The notes: generated from the letters alone by a model not told the origin. A stretch of 64,000 nucleotides of DNA from an archaeon GW2011_AR15 (GCA_000830295.1 CP010425.1:1024001-1088000); one strand, 5' to 3'; positions 40,724 through 51,332 are shown, numbered from the stretch's first letter. Translations and numbers: made by a program.

Positions 40724-41857
40724 TCAGATGGATTCTATTATCTTTAGGAATGCAGCAGCTATTTTCTCCTCTTTTTCTCGCGGGTACTTTGTTTCTGCCA
40801 GTGTCTTTCCTTCAAGAGGCTTGTCTGAGCCCACACCGGCAAAGAAATAGTTTATGCTGCCAAGATTTGGATAATTGCTATGGTATCCATGATCAAGGGA
40901 AGCCATAACTGACCATTCCATATCTAGAAAATCCCCCCCTGCTTTGAGACCATGCTCCAGGCTGGATTTGCTCTGTTTCAGCACAGAAGTCATGTTTATT
41001 GTTGTGCCTGCATGAACCTCTTCCGCAATGCTTTTCCTGAATATCCCAGAGACTTTTTTGTTGAACTCAAGCTGGTTGTATATTGGGTATGTCCTGAAAT
41101 CCCCTTTTACAACCTTCATTTCGTCAAGGGCTGCTATGGGAATGCAGATATCACCAACTTTAAGATCGGGATTCAATATCCCGATTTTGCCGAAATGAAA
41201 TATGTTCAGGTCAACCCCTAAAAAGTATGAGCTTGTCATGGAATAAATCTGGGAAAGTATGTTCCTGGCCTGATCAGCAAAAATATAGTCAAAACATATG
41301 ACCAGCTTATTATTTAGCTTCAGGATTTTGTAATTAAGGTATTCATTAGTATTCTCCCTTATGGCTTTAATGCCATTGAACTTAAGGGATCTGTGCGGGC
41401 CAAGCATAACAACTATCTCCTTGGATTTCACAATATCTTTAGGATTGATGCCCTTAAATATCTCAAGGACAAGCGAAAATGCAAATTCCTCGAATCTTTT
41501 GCCCGCCATTGCAGCATCATCTTTGTAATTGTTTACCTTAAGCGTGAGCTGCCTTCCAAGGATTTCGCTTAGGCTTTCCACAAGGTCAGTGTCCCTGAAC
41601 TTTCGCATGACTCCCCTTGTGTTTACAATATGCAGTATCCCTTTTTTGCTGTCCCAGAAATGGGGTTCTGTTGACTTCTCTGGGAAGTACTTTACCAGTC
41701 CTTTAATCTCAGTTTCCAGCTCTGAAGTTTTCCAGGCATTGTGCATAACAACTTCGCTGAGCTTCTTCAGCTGGTCATCTCTGACACGAGAGTCAGGATG
41801 GAGTTTCCTGTCAAAAGTATATGTCTCCCTCTGCTTCTGGACCATAACCCTATCCAT
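40724..41857 (-). CDS. Nucleoside phosphorylase/hydrolase (PNP/UDP) fold protein
   Basis: FGKIGIL..LKVGDICIP, LDME, GVGSDKP motifs in the C-terminal half. Confidence 0.6.
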   Translation of the reverse strand: MDRVMVQKQRETYTFDRKLHPDSRVRDDQLKKLSEVVMHNAWKTSELETEIKGLVKYFPEKSTEPHFWDSKKGILHIVNTRGVMRKFRDTDLVESLSEILGRQLTLKVNNYKDDAAMAGKRFEEFAFSLVLEIFKGINPKDIVKSKEIVVMLGPHRSLKFNGIKAIRENTNEYLNYKILKLNNKLVICFDYIFADQARNILSQIYSMTSSYFLGVDLNIFHFGKIGILNPDLKVGDICIPIAALDEMKVVKGDFRTYPIYNQLEFNKKVSGIFRKSIAEEVHAGTTINMTSVLKQSKSSLEHGLKAGGDFLDMEWSVMASLDHGYHSNYPNLGSINYFFAGVGSDKPLEGKTLAETKYPREKEEKIAAAFLKIIESI

Positions 41858-41897
41858 GGCAACCTGAAATAAAGTTAAATATTAATATATAACTATT

Positions 41898-42464
41898 ATG
41901 CATGAAAAGATGGATTTTGATAATGAAAAAAAACAGGCCCTGAATAAGCTGGACAAATCAAAAAAAGGGGAAATTGATGTGCAGATTCTTTCTTTGATAA
42001 AAAAAGTAAATAAAAATCCTGATTACTACACAACAAGCTCCTGTGCAGGCAGGGTCATGATCCTGAAGGAATCAGAAAGAAAAGACGGGGTTGAATGGGT
42101 CTTCTCAAGTCATGAAGCTGTAAAATACAGTGAAATAGGGAGACATCTGGCGGATGTTCCTGAAGAAACTTTGTGGTTCAGAATGGAGCCTCCGATATTC
42201 CATGTATGCTGCAGGGATATTAATGCTGCTGAAACCCTGATTAAGATAGCCAATAACTCGGGGTTCAGAAGGTCAGGGATAATCGGCATAAAGAAGAGGA
42301 TAATTGTTGAGATTCTTTTTCCGGAAAAGATGGATGCGCCTATATCTGAGAAAGGCAGCATGATCGTTGAAGAAGCTTATCTTAAAAGATTGATTTATTA
42401 TGCTAATTCCAAACTGAAGAAAACAAGAAAAAAATTAAAAATTTTTGAGGAATTATTTCCTTAA
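41898..42464 (+). CDS. taw3: tRNA wyosine methyltransferase Taw3/Tyw3
   Basis: DKSKKGEID, YTTSSCAGR, EPPIFHV, GFRRSG. Confidence 0.92.
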   Translation: MHEKMDFDNEKKQALNKLDKSKKGEIDVQILSLIKKVNKNPDYYTTSSCAGRVMILKESERKDGVEWVFSSHEAVKYSEIGRHLADVPEETLWFRMEPPIFHVCCRDINAAETLIKIANNSGFRRSGIIGIKKRIIVEILFPEKMDAPISEKGSMIVEEAYLKRLIYYANSKLKKTRKKLKIFEELFP

Positions 42465-43814
42465 TATTGCTACTACCAGGATACCGAATACGACCAGTGC
42501 CAGTAATAGCAATCCTCCAAGCAGTATCAGATACTGTGGTGATTCAAAGAAAGATTGCTTTTCTTCACCATATATGACTCCTGTTGAAGGCCCGACCTCA
42601 TCTACAACAACTACCGTATCGCTGTCCTCCTCTTCTTCCTCATCAGAAGGTGTTGCTCCGCCATTGCAGCCCTGTACTGTAAGCACAACGCTCTCCAGGT
42701 CTGTCTGCTCGTCATTATTGTAGTTTGCTTCTATTGCAATGACATACTCACCGGCAGCTGTGCTTGAGGGTATAGATAGGTCAAAGGTTCTTGTTTCAGT
42801 ATCCCCTTCGTCAATCTCTATATTGTAGACTTCTTCACGGATGCCCAGTTTTGATGATTCAACAAAGATAGATGCCTTATTCTGGTCATCTGTTCCTGTA
42901 TTCTCTATTGTAACCCTAAGAGTTGTATGGGTCTCGCCGCATGCAAGGCTTGCCGGGCTAAGTGATGCTGAGGTTACTGTGATTTCATCATCTTCAAGCT
43001 GCACTTCAAGAGTGAATTCAAGGTAATCCCCGTGGAGGGCCCCGTTTTCGTCCTCTCCTGTTACCCATAGCTCAAAGTCGTAGTCGTCCTCATCAAGGTC
43101 ACTAGGGATATCAAAGGATAGTGTCTCTGTAGCTGTATCATCTGCCTTAAGATCACCAAAATCTACAGTGTCATCATCAAATTCAGAATCTGCAGGCTCA
43201 AGTTCTGCCTCGATATCCTGTATTTCACAGTCTCCGTAGTCATCAGGATCATCGCAATCCCCATTATTGTCAAACCTGTTCTCTATGTCTATATCAAGGA
43301 CAATTTCATCATTTCTGCCGACTTCATCATAGCTGTCTCCGTCATCCAGGCTATTGTCGTCACCATCGATGGTTATCCTTGGATCTCCGAACCTCAGAAG
43401 GTTTTCAGCCTGCATTGTGAAATCAGAAATTGTCAGCAATGTGGTTGTTGAGTTTTTCACAACAATGTTACCTATATCAAAAGCTGTTGCCTGTCCCTGG
43501 CTGTCAACTGCATCCAGGTCAAGAGGAACATATCCATTGATTGTCAGCGTTGCTGACTCGTTTGAGTCCAGTGTTGTATCTGACAATGTGTAATTTACAC
43601 TATATTTAGAATCTACACCTGAAGAGGTGACGTTGATACCAGAAACTGTCTCGTTTCCGGTGTTAGTTATTGTAATGCTTGCTGAATCTGTCTCGCCTCT
43701 CTCCTGGCTGCTGCTTCCCAGCGCCACTGTTGAGCTTGAGGCTTCAATTGCAGCAAAAGCGCTTGCTATTGTAATTGCAAACATCAGCAAAAACAATATT
43801 ATCAGTTTTTTCAT
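42453..43814 (-). CDS. Acidic cell-surface/putative S-layer protein
   Basis: Signal peptide, D/E/T-rich beta-sandwich-like repeats, NxS/T sequons, C-terminal TM with RK tail. Confidence 0.75.
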   Translation of the reverse strand: MKKLIILFLLMFAITIASAFAAIEASSSTVALGSSSQERGETDSASITITNTGNETVSGINVTSSGVDSKYSVNYTLSDTTLDSNESATLTINGYVPLDLDAVDSQGQATAFDIGNIVVKNSTTTLLTISDFTMQAENLLRFGDPRITIDGDDNSLDDGDSYDEVGRNDEIVLDIDIENRFDNNGDCDDPDDYGDCEIQDIEAELEPADSEFDDDTVDFGDLKADDTATETLSFDIPSDLDEDDYDFELWVTGEDENGALHGDYLEFTLEVQLEDDEITVTSASLSPASLACGETHTTLRVTIENTGTDDQNKASIFVESSKLGIREEVYNIEIDEGDTETRTFDLSIPSSTAAGEYVIAIEANYNNDEQTDLESVVLTVQGCNGGATPSDEEEEEDSDTVVVVDEVGPSTGVIYGEEKQSFFESPQYLILLGGLLLLALVVFGILVVAILRK

Positions 43815-43910
43815 GGTATACCACCTGCTAAAATCATAAATCTATAGTGCCTGAGAATAACCAGTTATATATAAATCTTATGTAGCGTTACTATTTAAAA
43901 GTAAAAAAGA

Positions 43911-44474
43911 TTAAGAAAAATTAAAATGGTCCATCAGGTTGACCTGGGGGATAGGGTTCTTAAACTCCTTTTTCTCTTCCTTTGACTGCTCAACTATGAA
44001 ATCTTCAGGTTCCTCTTTATTAGCCAATAGGTCTTTGAGCGGCCTCTCATCCCCTATGTCTGTATAGACAGATTTTACTGCTTCTGCTGGCTGTGTTTTT
44101 CGCGTCTCTTCGACAGAAAGGACTTCATTAATCTCAATAGTCATAGTGTTGCGGGACTCCTCTTTAACCTGCACCTGAGGTCTGAGAACAGCCTCTGGCT
44201 CCTTAAACTCTGGAGGATTGTCTCTTTTATAACCGCTTACCATGATATGGAAATTTTTCCTTTCAGGGCTTGTTTTCTGGATAAGCTCCTCGATTTCCTC
44301 TTCATATGTCTTCTTTCTGCCCTCACTTTGGGTAGGCCTGTTTGCGTCTTCAAAATGCCTTGATACTCTCTTTTCAGTGCCCATAATGCTTTCTGCCATC
44401 CTTTGTGCCTCTGTAGGGCTGCTGGCAAGACCTGTTTTGGCTAGTGTTTCTGCAAGTGTATTCATATTAGTCAT
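43911..44474 (-). CDS. Hypothetical protein
   Basis: 187 aa; GGTGG SD upstream. Confidence 0.7.
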   Translation of the reverse strand: MTNMNTLAETLAKTGLASSPTEAQRMAESIMGTEKRVSRHFEDANRPTQSEGRKKTYEEEIEELIQKTSPERKNFHIMVSGYKRDNPPEFKEPEAVLRPQVQVKEESRNTMTIEINEVLSVEETRKTQPAEAVKSVYTDIGDERPLKDLLANKEEPEDFIVEQSKEEKKEFKNPIPQVNLMDHFNFS

Positions 44475-44617
44475 GTTTATACCACCTTAAAGCTTGTTTT
44501 TATAGTTACAATAAATTAGTATACTGAAATGTATACTAATATATAAACTTTGTGATTTGTTTTTTGTTTGTTTTATGCGGAAAAGCTTTAATATAAGCTT
44601 TTTATTGGGGTGTACTA

Positions 44618-45202
44618 ATGGATCTTGTGGCTTTGGTGGGATTGGCAGGTTCTGGGAAAACAGAAGCTTCTAATATTTTCCGCGAACATGGCTATGGGTA
44701 TATCAGATTCGGAGATATAACTATGGACATTCTTAAAGAAAGAGGTTTAGAGGTAAATGAAAAAAATGAAAGAGCTGTTCGGGAAGGGGTCAGGAGAGAA
44801 TACGGAATGGCTGCATATGCAGTGCTAAATGAGGGCAAAATAAGAGAAGCTAGGGAATTGGGTGATGTTGTAATTGATGGGGTGTACAGCTGGGAAGAAG
44901 TTCTTCATTTAAAAGATAGATTTCCTGAAATACAGATAGTTGCCGTGGTCTGCCCGATGGAAACAAAATATGAACGGCTTGAAAAGAGGCCAGAAAGGCC
45001 GCTGACAAGAGAAGAGGCCCTGTCAAGAGATCTGGCAGACATTAAAAACCTAAATAAGGCTCCGCCAATAGTAATGCATGACTATCTGATAAATAACAAA
45101 GGATCAAGAAGGTATTTTAGATATCAGGTTGAAAATTTTATTCAGCCAAAAAATAAACTGGAAAGGATATATAATGAAGTTCTTGAAATCCTGACAGGAT
45201 GA
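44618..45202 (+). CDS. P-loop nucleotide kinase (archaeal dephospho-CoA kinase-like)
   Basis: GLAGSGKT, VVIDGV, RD..D, INNKG. Confidence 0.8.
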   Translation: MDLVALVGLAGSGKTEASNIFREHGYGYIRFGDITMDILKERGLEVNEKNERAVREGVRREYGMAAYAVLNEGKIREARELGDVVIDGVYSWEEVLHLKDRFPEIQIVAVVCPMETKYERLEKRPERPLTREEALSRDLADIKNLNKAPPIVMHDYLINNKGSRRYFRYQVENFIQPKNKLERIYNEVLEILTG

Positions 45203-46549
45203 TTACATCTTAGGCATTCCGCCCATTCTCTTCATCATCTTCTCCATATTCTTCATGTTGCCGCCCTTGAACATCTTCATCATCTTCTTTGCCTGCTTGT
45301 ACTGCTTCATAAGGTCGCGGACTTCCTTCGCAGAAGTTCCTGAGCCTTTTGCTATCCTCTCTATCCTTGTTCCTGAAATGCTGTCAGGATCCTCAAGCTC
45401 TTCTTTTGTGCAGGAATCCATTATATAACGCCATTTTTCAAGCTTCTCCTGCTGGACCTCAAGGGCATCTTTGGGAAGCTTCAGCTGCCCCATCCCGGGT
45501 ATCAGTTCTGCTATTTTAGAAAGCGGACCCATCTTCTTCATTGCCTGCATCTGCTCGTAAAGATCAATGAGGTTGAAGTCTCCCTTGAGAAATTTCTTCC
45601 CCATATCCTCTGCATCTTCTTTTGTGATGGCTTCTTCTGCTTTCTTCAGCAGGGCCTCAATATCACCCATCCCAAGCAGCCTTGAAACAAATCCTTTTGG
45701 GTTGAATTCTTCAAAATCATCGGGCTTTTCCCCGACTCCGATAAACCTGACAGGCGCTTTTGTTACTGCGCACGCGGAAAGTGCCCCGCCTCCTTTTGCA
45801 GTTCCCTCAAGCTTTGTGATTATAACTCCGGTTATGTTACATGTTTCGTGGAATTTTACTGCCTGCTTTTCTGCTGCCTGGCCCAGATCTGCACTTACTA
45901 CAAGCAGCCTCTCATCAGCCTTTACAGCCTTGCTTATCCTGTTAAGCTCTGCTATAAGTTCGTCCGATAATGCGTCACGGCCTGCTGTATCAATGATGAT
46001 AACATCAAAATTCTTGAGCTCTTTCTCGAATTTCCTGTAAATTTTCAGCGGATCCTTCTCCTTCGGATCACCAAATACGGGAATGCTAAGCTTTTTCCCA
46101 AGCTGCTCAAGCTGGCTGAATGCAGCAGGTCTCCAGACATCCAGCTGGATTAAAGCTATTTTGCCTGCCCTCTTCTGGAAGAATTTTGCCAGCTTGCCGG
46201 CTGTTGTTGTTTTTCCGGAGCCGAAAAGCCCGACAAGCATTATCTTAAACTGCTTTTTCTTTATCTCTATCTTGTGCCCTTCCCCTCCTAAAAACTTGAC
46301 AAGCTCCTCATATAAGATGTTGATTATGTGCTCTTTCTTGGTCATGCCTGCAGGCTCTTTTTCCTCAAGAGCCCTTTTCTTTATGCTGCTGCTCAGGTCA
46401 AAAACAAGCTGGACATTCACATCGCTCTGCAGAAGAGCGCGCTGGATATCCTTAACAAGCTCGTTCACAAGCTTCTCATCTACAAAAACAGAATTCGCTA
46501 TCTTCTCAAGCGTGCTTTTCAGCGAGCTTCCTAGTTTTTCTAAAACCAT
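45203..46549 (-). CDS. srp54: Signal recognition particle protein SRP54
   Basis: GSGKTTT, DTAGR, TKLEG.AKGGGALS, M-rich tail; start at ATG 46549. Confidence 0.97.
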   Translation of the reverse strand: MVLEKLGSSLKSTLEKIANSVFVDEKLVNELVKDIQRALLQSDVNVQLVFDLSSSIKKRALEEKEPAGMTKKEHIINILYEELVKFLGGEGHKIEIKKKQFKIMLVGLFGSGKTTTAGKLAKFFQKRAGKIALIQLDVWRPAAFSQLEQLGKKLSIPVFGDPKEKDPLKIYRKFEKELKNFDVIIIDTAGRDALSDELIAELNRISKAVKADERLLVVSADLGQAAEKQAVKFHETCNITGVIITKLEGTAKGGGALSACAVTKAPVRFIGVGEKPDDFEEFNPKGFVSRLLGMGDIEALLKKAEEAITKEDAEDMGKKFLKGDFNLIDLYEQMQAMKKMGPLSKIAELIPGMGQLKLPKDALEVQQEKLEKWRYIMDSCTKEELEDPDSISGTRIERIAKGSGTSAKEVRDLMKQYKQAKKMMKMFKGGNMKNMEKMMKRMGGMPKM

Positions 46550-46632
46550 TGTTGATAAAAACCGGGGTTTTCTTATAAAGTTTTGCCATTTTAACGGCAG
46601 GATTTTAATATAAGCTAAAATCACCTCAAAAA

Positions 46633-47310
46633 ATGAGATACATAGACTACACTATTGACGTTGGCGGCTTAGAAAAAAGAATAGGTGTTCTAGGAGAGAA
46701 CCATATTTACAATGACAAAGATGTCATGTTTGCCAGTCAAATCATGCCAAGTTATGATATCCTTTTGAGGGAAGGGAATAATAATGCGGAGTCTTCTTTG
46801 CTTTTTAGACTGGTCGCATTTATGTCTCTACCTCTTTATCTGGCATATTCCTTTGCATCTGACAGGTCCTTTCTTAATCCAAGTGTAAAAGATATTGCAG
46901 AAGAACTGGGAAAAGAGATACGCTGGCTGGATTATGATATGGCAAAATCTTATCCGATAATAAATCAGGCTATGATATTCCTAGTAAGCACCATGTCGAT
47001 ATTCAGAGCACCTTTCATATATAAGGATATAAAAACGAACGGAGACACCCTGACACCAGGAACAAAAAATTATGAGAAATATATGTTTGGACAAATGAAA
47101 GGATATAATAATTTTTTTGAGAAGCTGGACCTGTTCAAATCAAATGTTTATGGAAGAGATTCTTATTATTACGGACAACTATCTTCATTGTTAAAAGAAG
47201 ATGCTAATAATATCCTTGTTTCTGTTGGAGATGCCCATTATCTCGGTATAATCTCAAGGCTAAACAATGAATATGAAATCCTAAAAATAAACCAATTCAT
47301 GGTCTTCTAG
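46633..47310 (+). CDS. Hypothetical protein, TraB-like
   Basis: GENH near the N-terminus, RD..Y and VSVGDAHYLGI resembling TraB VVGxxH. Confidence 0.5.
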   Translation: MRYIDYTIDVGGLEKRIGVLGENHIYNDKDVMFASQIMPSYDILLREGNNNAESSLLFRLVAFMSLPLYLAYSFASDRSFLNPSVKDIAEELGKEIRWLDYDMAKSYPIINQAMIFLVSTMSIFRAPFIYKDIKTNGDTLTPGTKNYEKYMFGQMKGYNNFFEKLDLFKSNVYGRDSYYYGQLSSLLKEDANNILVSVGDAHYLGIISRLNNEYEILKINQFMVF

Positions 47311-47311
47311 A

Positions 47312-47728
47312 TTACTTTTTCCTGCTTTCAAAAGAATACGCCGGCTTGCTGACTTCCTGCAGCCACATAAGACCTATCTTCATCATGTCCTTGTTGAATT
47401 TCTCAGAGATCTTGTAGACTTTGTTGTAAAGGTCATAGTCAATAAGACCCATGCTCTTCATAGGAGTTAATATCCTGTCATAAAACTGCCTTTTGTTGTA
47501 TGATATTTTTACCTTTTTTCCCCTGTACGGCTCTTCATCAATTTCCCCTATAAGCTCTCCGTCATGCAGCTTTGTTGCAAAGAGAGACATCTCTGTCTTG
47601 GTAATCTGGCTGTTATTCTGCTTCATGTAATTCAGGAGAAGTTTGGCAACTATTGTCTGCTGTTTTGTGGCAAATATTACTTCAAATATATCCTCTGGCA
47701 GGTTAAACCTGTCATACAATATTACCAT
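47312..47728 (-). CDS. Hypothetical protein, possible winged-helix
   Basis: 138 aa; RQFYDRILTPMKSMGLIDY helix-wing pattern. Confidence 0.6.
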   Translation of the reverse strand: MVILYDRFNLPEDIFEVIFATKQQTIVAKLLLNYMKQNNSQITKTEMSLFATKLHDGELIGEIDEEPYRGKKVKISYNKRQFYDRILTPMKSMGLIDYDLYNKVYKISEKFNKDMMKIGLMWLQEVSKPAYSFESRKK

Positions 47729-47854
47729 TAAATATACCCCCTAATATACAAGGAAGTATACTGAGATTTAAATAATTTTCCTCAATTTGGTAATTGTTGA
47801 CTTTTATAGTTTCGCAGGATTTATAAACAGAATTTTAATTATACTTATAATATA

Positions 47855-50188
47855 ATGAAAAAAGAGATGGCAATTGATTCTATAAAAAAATATGTCAGGG
47901 CTGCCAACTATATCTCTGCTGCCCAGATTTACCTCCGGGATAATTTCCTGCTTGAAAAGCCGCTGGCATTTGAGCATATAAAGCCAAGGCTGCTGGGGCA
48001 CTGGGGAACATGCCCGGGAATCAATTTTGTTTATGCTAATCTAAATTACTTAATAAAAAAGCACAGGCAGAGCATGCTGTTTGTCCTCGGTCCTGGGCAT
48101 GGCTTTCCTGCATTACAGGCAAACCTGTTTATAGAGGGGACCTTGGCCAAGTATTATCCAAGAGCAAAACCCAACCTGAAAGGGCTGATATATCTCGGCA
48201 AAGAATTCAGCTGGCCCTACGGCTTTCCAAGCCACAGCAACCCCGGAACCCCCGGGGTAATTCTGGAAGGCGGAGAGCTGGGATATTCCCTGAGCACTTC
48301 TTACGGTGCAATTCTCGACAATCCTGACCTTATAGTTGCCTGTCTTGTCGGTGATGGAGAGGCTGAAACCGGGCCGACTGCAACTGCCTGGCATATCAAC
48401 AAATTCATAGATCCTGCTGTCAACGGCGCTGTGCTGCCGATACTCCATCTCAACGGCTACAAGATATCAGGGCCGACAATATTCGGAAGGATGAGCAACA
48501 AGGAGCTGGAAAGCCTGTTTTACGGTTATGGATATGATCCTGTGATTGTTGATGAAAAAGAAGGGAACATATACGGCAGGATGATTGATGTGCTGGAAAA
48601 CAGCTACAGGAAAATAAAGGGAATACAGAAGCATGCCAGAGAAAAAAAAGAGATTGCATCTCCAAGATTCCCAATGATTATTTTAAGGACTCCGAAGGGA
48701 TGGACAGGCATCAAAAGGCTGAATGGGGAAAAAATAGAGGATAACTGCCTTTCACACCAGGTTGTCGGGAAGGAAGCAAAGACAAGCGGGCACGAGCTGA
48801 AGAGCATTGAAGCATGGCTGAAGTCATACAATTTCACAGAGCTGTTTGGCAGAGAGGATGGATTTGCCAAAGAGATTACAGGCATAGTCCCCAAACCTGA
48901 TTTTTGCATGGGACAGAACAGGCATGCTTTTGGAGGAGAAGTATACCAAAAGCTCAGGCTGCCAAGCCCGGCAAAATTTTCTGAAGACTCTTCACTTCCC
49001 GGGATTATAGGGAGCAGCAGCATGAGAAGGGCAGGAGCTTACCTTAATGATGTTTTCAGGCTGAATAAGCATAATTTCAGGCTCTTCTCGCCTGATGAAA
49101 CATATTCAAACAAGCTGGATGAGGTTTTCTGCACAACCTCAAGGTCTTTTGTCTGGCCTGTGAAAAAATGGGACAAGGACATTTCAAGAAACGGAAGAGT
49201 GATAGAGATGCTCAGCGAGCATACATTACAGGGCTTGTGCCAAGGTTACATACTGACAGGAAGGCATGCTGTCTTTGCCTCTTATGAAGCATTTGTAGAG
49301 ATTGTAAGCAGCATGGCAAGCCAGTATGAGAAATTCCTGAAAGCATCAAAGGACTTCCCATGGAGAAAGCCAATCGCTTCCTTAAATTACATCCTGACTT
49401 CCTCAGGATGGAGGCAGGAGCACAACGGATTTTCCCATCAGAACCCTAAATTCATCAGCGGCTTCCTGGAGAAAGCAGGCTGCCTAGGCAGGGTCTATTT
49501 TCCTCCTGACGGAAGCAGCACATTGGTAGTATTAAAGCAATGTCTGGAATCAAGGAACAGGATAAATGTCATTGTTGCAGGAAAAACTGTCGAACCGAGA
49601 TGGCTTACCCTCACCAAAGCCAAAGAAGAGCTTAAGGCCGGAATGATGGTGTGGGATTTCTGCAGCGATAGCAATCCCGATATTGTGTTTGGCGGAATAG
49701 GGGATTACCTTACAAAAGAGTGCATTGCAGCTATCTCCCTGCTAAAGGAATACGCACCTGAGATAAAAGTCAGGTTTGTAAATGTCATGGAAGTCACTGC
49801 ATTGGGATTTGGAGGAGGCTCTGCTGACTTTAACAGCTACTTTACAAAGGACAAGCCGGTGATATTCAATTACCATGGATACAGGAGCGATATTGAAGCA
49901 TTATTGCTGGAATATGATAATGTTAAGAGGTTCAGGGTGCATGGCTACACTGAAAGCGGATCAACCACAACTCCCTTCGATATGCACATAAGAAACAAGA
50001 CAAGCAGGTACCATCTGGTAATTGAAACATTAAGTATTTTATCAGCGAAAAAAATTGTAACTTCTGCCAAAGCCGAAAAACTAGCTGTGCTTTTTGAAGA
50101 AAAGATAAGGAAACACTCTGATTTCATAAGGGAATTTGGTGATGACCCTGATGAGATTAAATACTGGCGATGGAAAGGAAAACACTGA
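47855..50188 (+). CDS. xfp: Phosphoketolase (Xfp family)
   Basis: LLGHWGT, GPGHG, EGGELGY, GDGEAETGP, LSEH..QG...GY, HNGFSHQ, TTTPFDM. Confidence 0.96.
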   Translation: MKKEMAIDSIKKYVRAANYISAAQIYLRDNFLLEKPLAFEHIKPRLLGHWGTCPGINFVYANLNYLIKKHRQSMLFVLGPGHGFPALQANLFIEGTLAKYYPRAKPNLKGLIYLGKEFSWPYGFPSHSNPGTPGVILEGGELGYSLSTSYGAILDNPDLIVACLVGDGEAETGPTATAWHINKFIDPAVNGAVLPILHLNGYKISGPTIFGRMSNKELESLFYGYGYDPVIVDEKEGNIYGRMIDVLENSYRKIKGIQKHAREKKEIASPRFPMIILRTPKGWTGIKRLNGEKIEDNCLSHQVVGKEAKTSGHELKSIEAWLKSYNFTELFGREDGFAKEITGIVPKPDFCMGQNRHAFGGEVYQKLRLPSPAKFSEDSSLPGIIGSSSMRRAGAYLNDVFRLNKHNFRLFSPDETYSNKLDEVFCTTSRSFVWPVKKWDKDISRNGRVIEMLSEHTLQGLCQGYILTGRHAVFASYEAFVEIVSSMASQYEKFLKASKDFPWRKPIASLNYILTSSGWRQEHNGFSHQNPKFISGFLEKAGCLGRVYFPPDGSSTLVVLKQCLESRNRINVIVAGKTVEPRWLTLTKAKEELKAGMMVWDFCSDSNPDIVFGGIGDYLTKECIAAISLLKEYAPEIKVRFVNVMEVTALGFGGGSADFNSYFTKDKPVIFNYHGYRSDIEALLLEYDNVKRFRVHGYTESGSTTTPFDMHIRNKTSRYHLVIETLSILSAKKIVTSAKAEKLAVLFEEKIRKHSDFIREFGDDPDEIKYWRWKGKH

Positions 50189-51315
50189 TTGTCAATATAG
50201 GAAGCACTTCCAAAAAGTATGCTCTTTATTCTGATAAGGAACTAATAAGAATTACCCTAAACATAGACCTGGATTGCGGTTATAAGGCGAATGGCAAGGT
50301 CTCAAAATTAAAAGCCGGCAGAAAAGAATACAATGATTCAGCAAAATACGTTCTTAATCTACTGATGAAAAAAGAGCTGATAGCATCAAAAAAAGAAATT
50401 GAGAAAATTGCTGTGCGTGTTGTTTCCCCTGGGAATTTCTTCCAGAAAAACAGGCCAATAAATAGAGAATACATCACAAAGCTGGAGGAATCAAGGAGCA
50501 TGGCTCCGCTCCATATTGAACCTGTGCTTGGAGAGCTGAAGAAAATATTAAAAGAATTCAGGGGAGCCAGGATAATCGCTGTTTCAGACAGCGCTTTCCA
50601 TTATACTCTGGGGTCTGCTGCGAAATACTATGCAATCCCAAAAAAATACTCTGATTTATTCGGCATCTACAGGTATGGATACCATGGGATTTCAGCAAGC
50701 TCTGTCATCAGGCATCTGAAATCATCTTCCAAACTGCCGGAGAGGATTATAATCTGCCACCTGGGAGGAGGCTGCAGCATAACTGCAGTAAAGAACGGAA
50801 AAAGCATAGATACCTCAATGGGCTTCAGCCCCCTGGAAGGCCTCTACATGGCATCCAGATCCGGGGACATTGACCCGTCTATTGTCTTCTATCTCCTGAA
50901 AAAATTTTCTGCTGAAAACCTCTTAAAAATGCTGAATAGTGAATCTGGACTGCTTGGTGTGTCAGGAAAGAGCTCAAGCGTAAAAGAGCTTATTGATTTA
51001 AAGGACAGCAGATCAAAATTAGCTATGGACATGTATGCATACAAGATAAAGAAGTATATAGGCTCGTATTATGCCGCGCTCAACGGGTTGGATGTGCTTG
51101 TATTTACAGGGGCAGTCGGCTCTGGTTCTGTGAAGATGAGAAGGAAAATCTGCCAGGATTTGGCCGGGCTTGGCATTAGTCTTGATACAGCAAAAAATTC
51201 AAGGAATAAAAAAGGCTTTATCCATGCTTCTGGCTCCAAGGCAAAAATATTCATCATGGAGACAGATGAAATTGAAGAGATGTACAGGATAATAACCCAA
51301 TATCCAAAAGTTTAA
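50170..51315 (+). CDS. ackA: Acetate kinase
   Basis: NIGSTSKK, APLH, YGYHG.S, CHLGGG.S, DTSMGFSPLEG, FTGAVG. Confidence 0.93.
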   Translation: MERKTLIVNIGSTSKKYALYSDKELIRITLNIDLDCGYKANGKVSKLKAGRKEYNDSAKYVLNLLMKKELIASKKEIEKIAVRVVSPGNFFQKNRPINREYITKLEESRSMAPLHIEPVLGELKKILKEFRGARIIAVSDSAFHYTLGSAAKYYAIPKKYSDLFGIYRYGYHGISASSVIRHLKSSSKLPERIIICHLGGGCSITAVKNGKSIDTSMGFSPLEGLYMASRSGDIDPSIVFYLLKKFSAENLLKMLNSESGLLGVSGKSSSVKELIDLKDSRSKLAMDMYAYKIKKYIGSYYAALNGLDVLVFTGAVGSGSVKMRRKICQDLAGLGISLDTAKNSRNKKGFIHASGSKAKIFIMETDEIEEMYRIITQYPKV

Positions 51316-51332
51316 AAATCCGACATAGTTCA

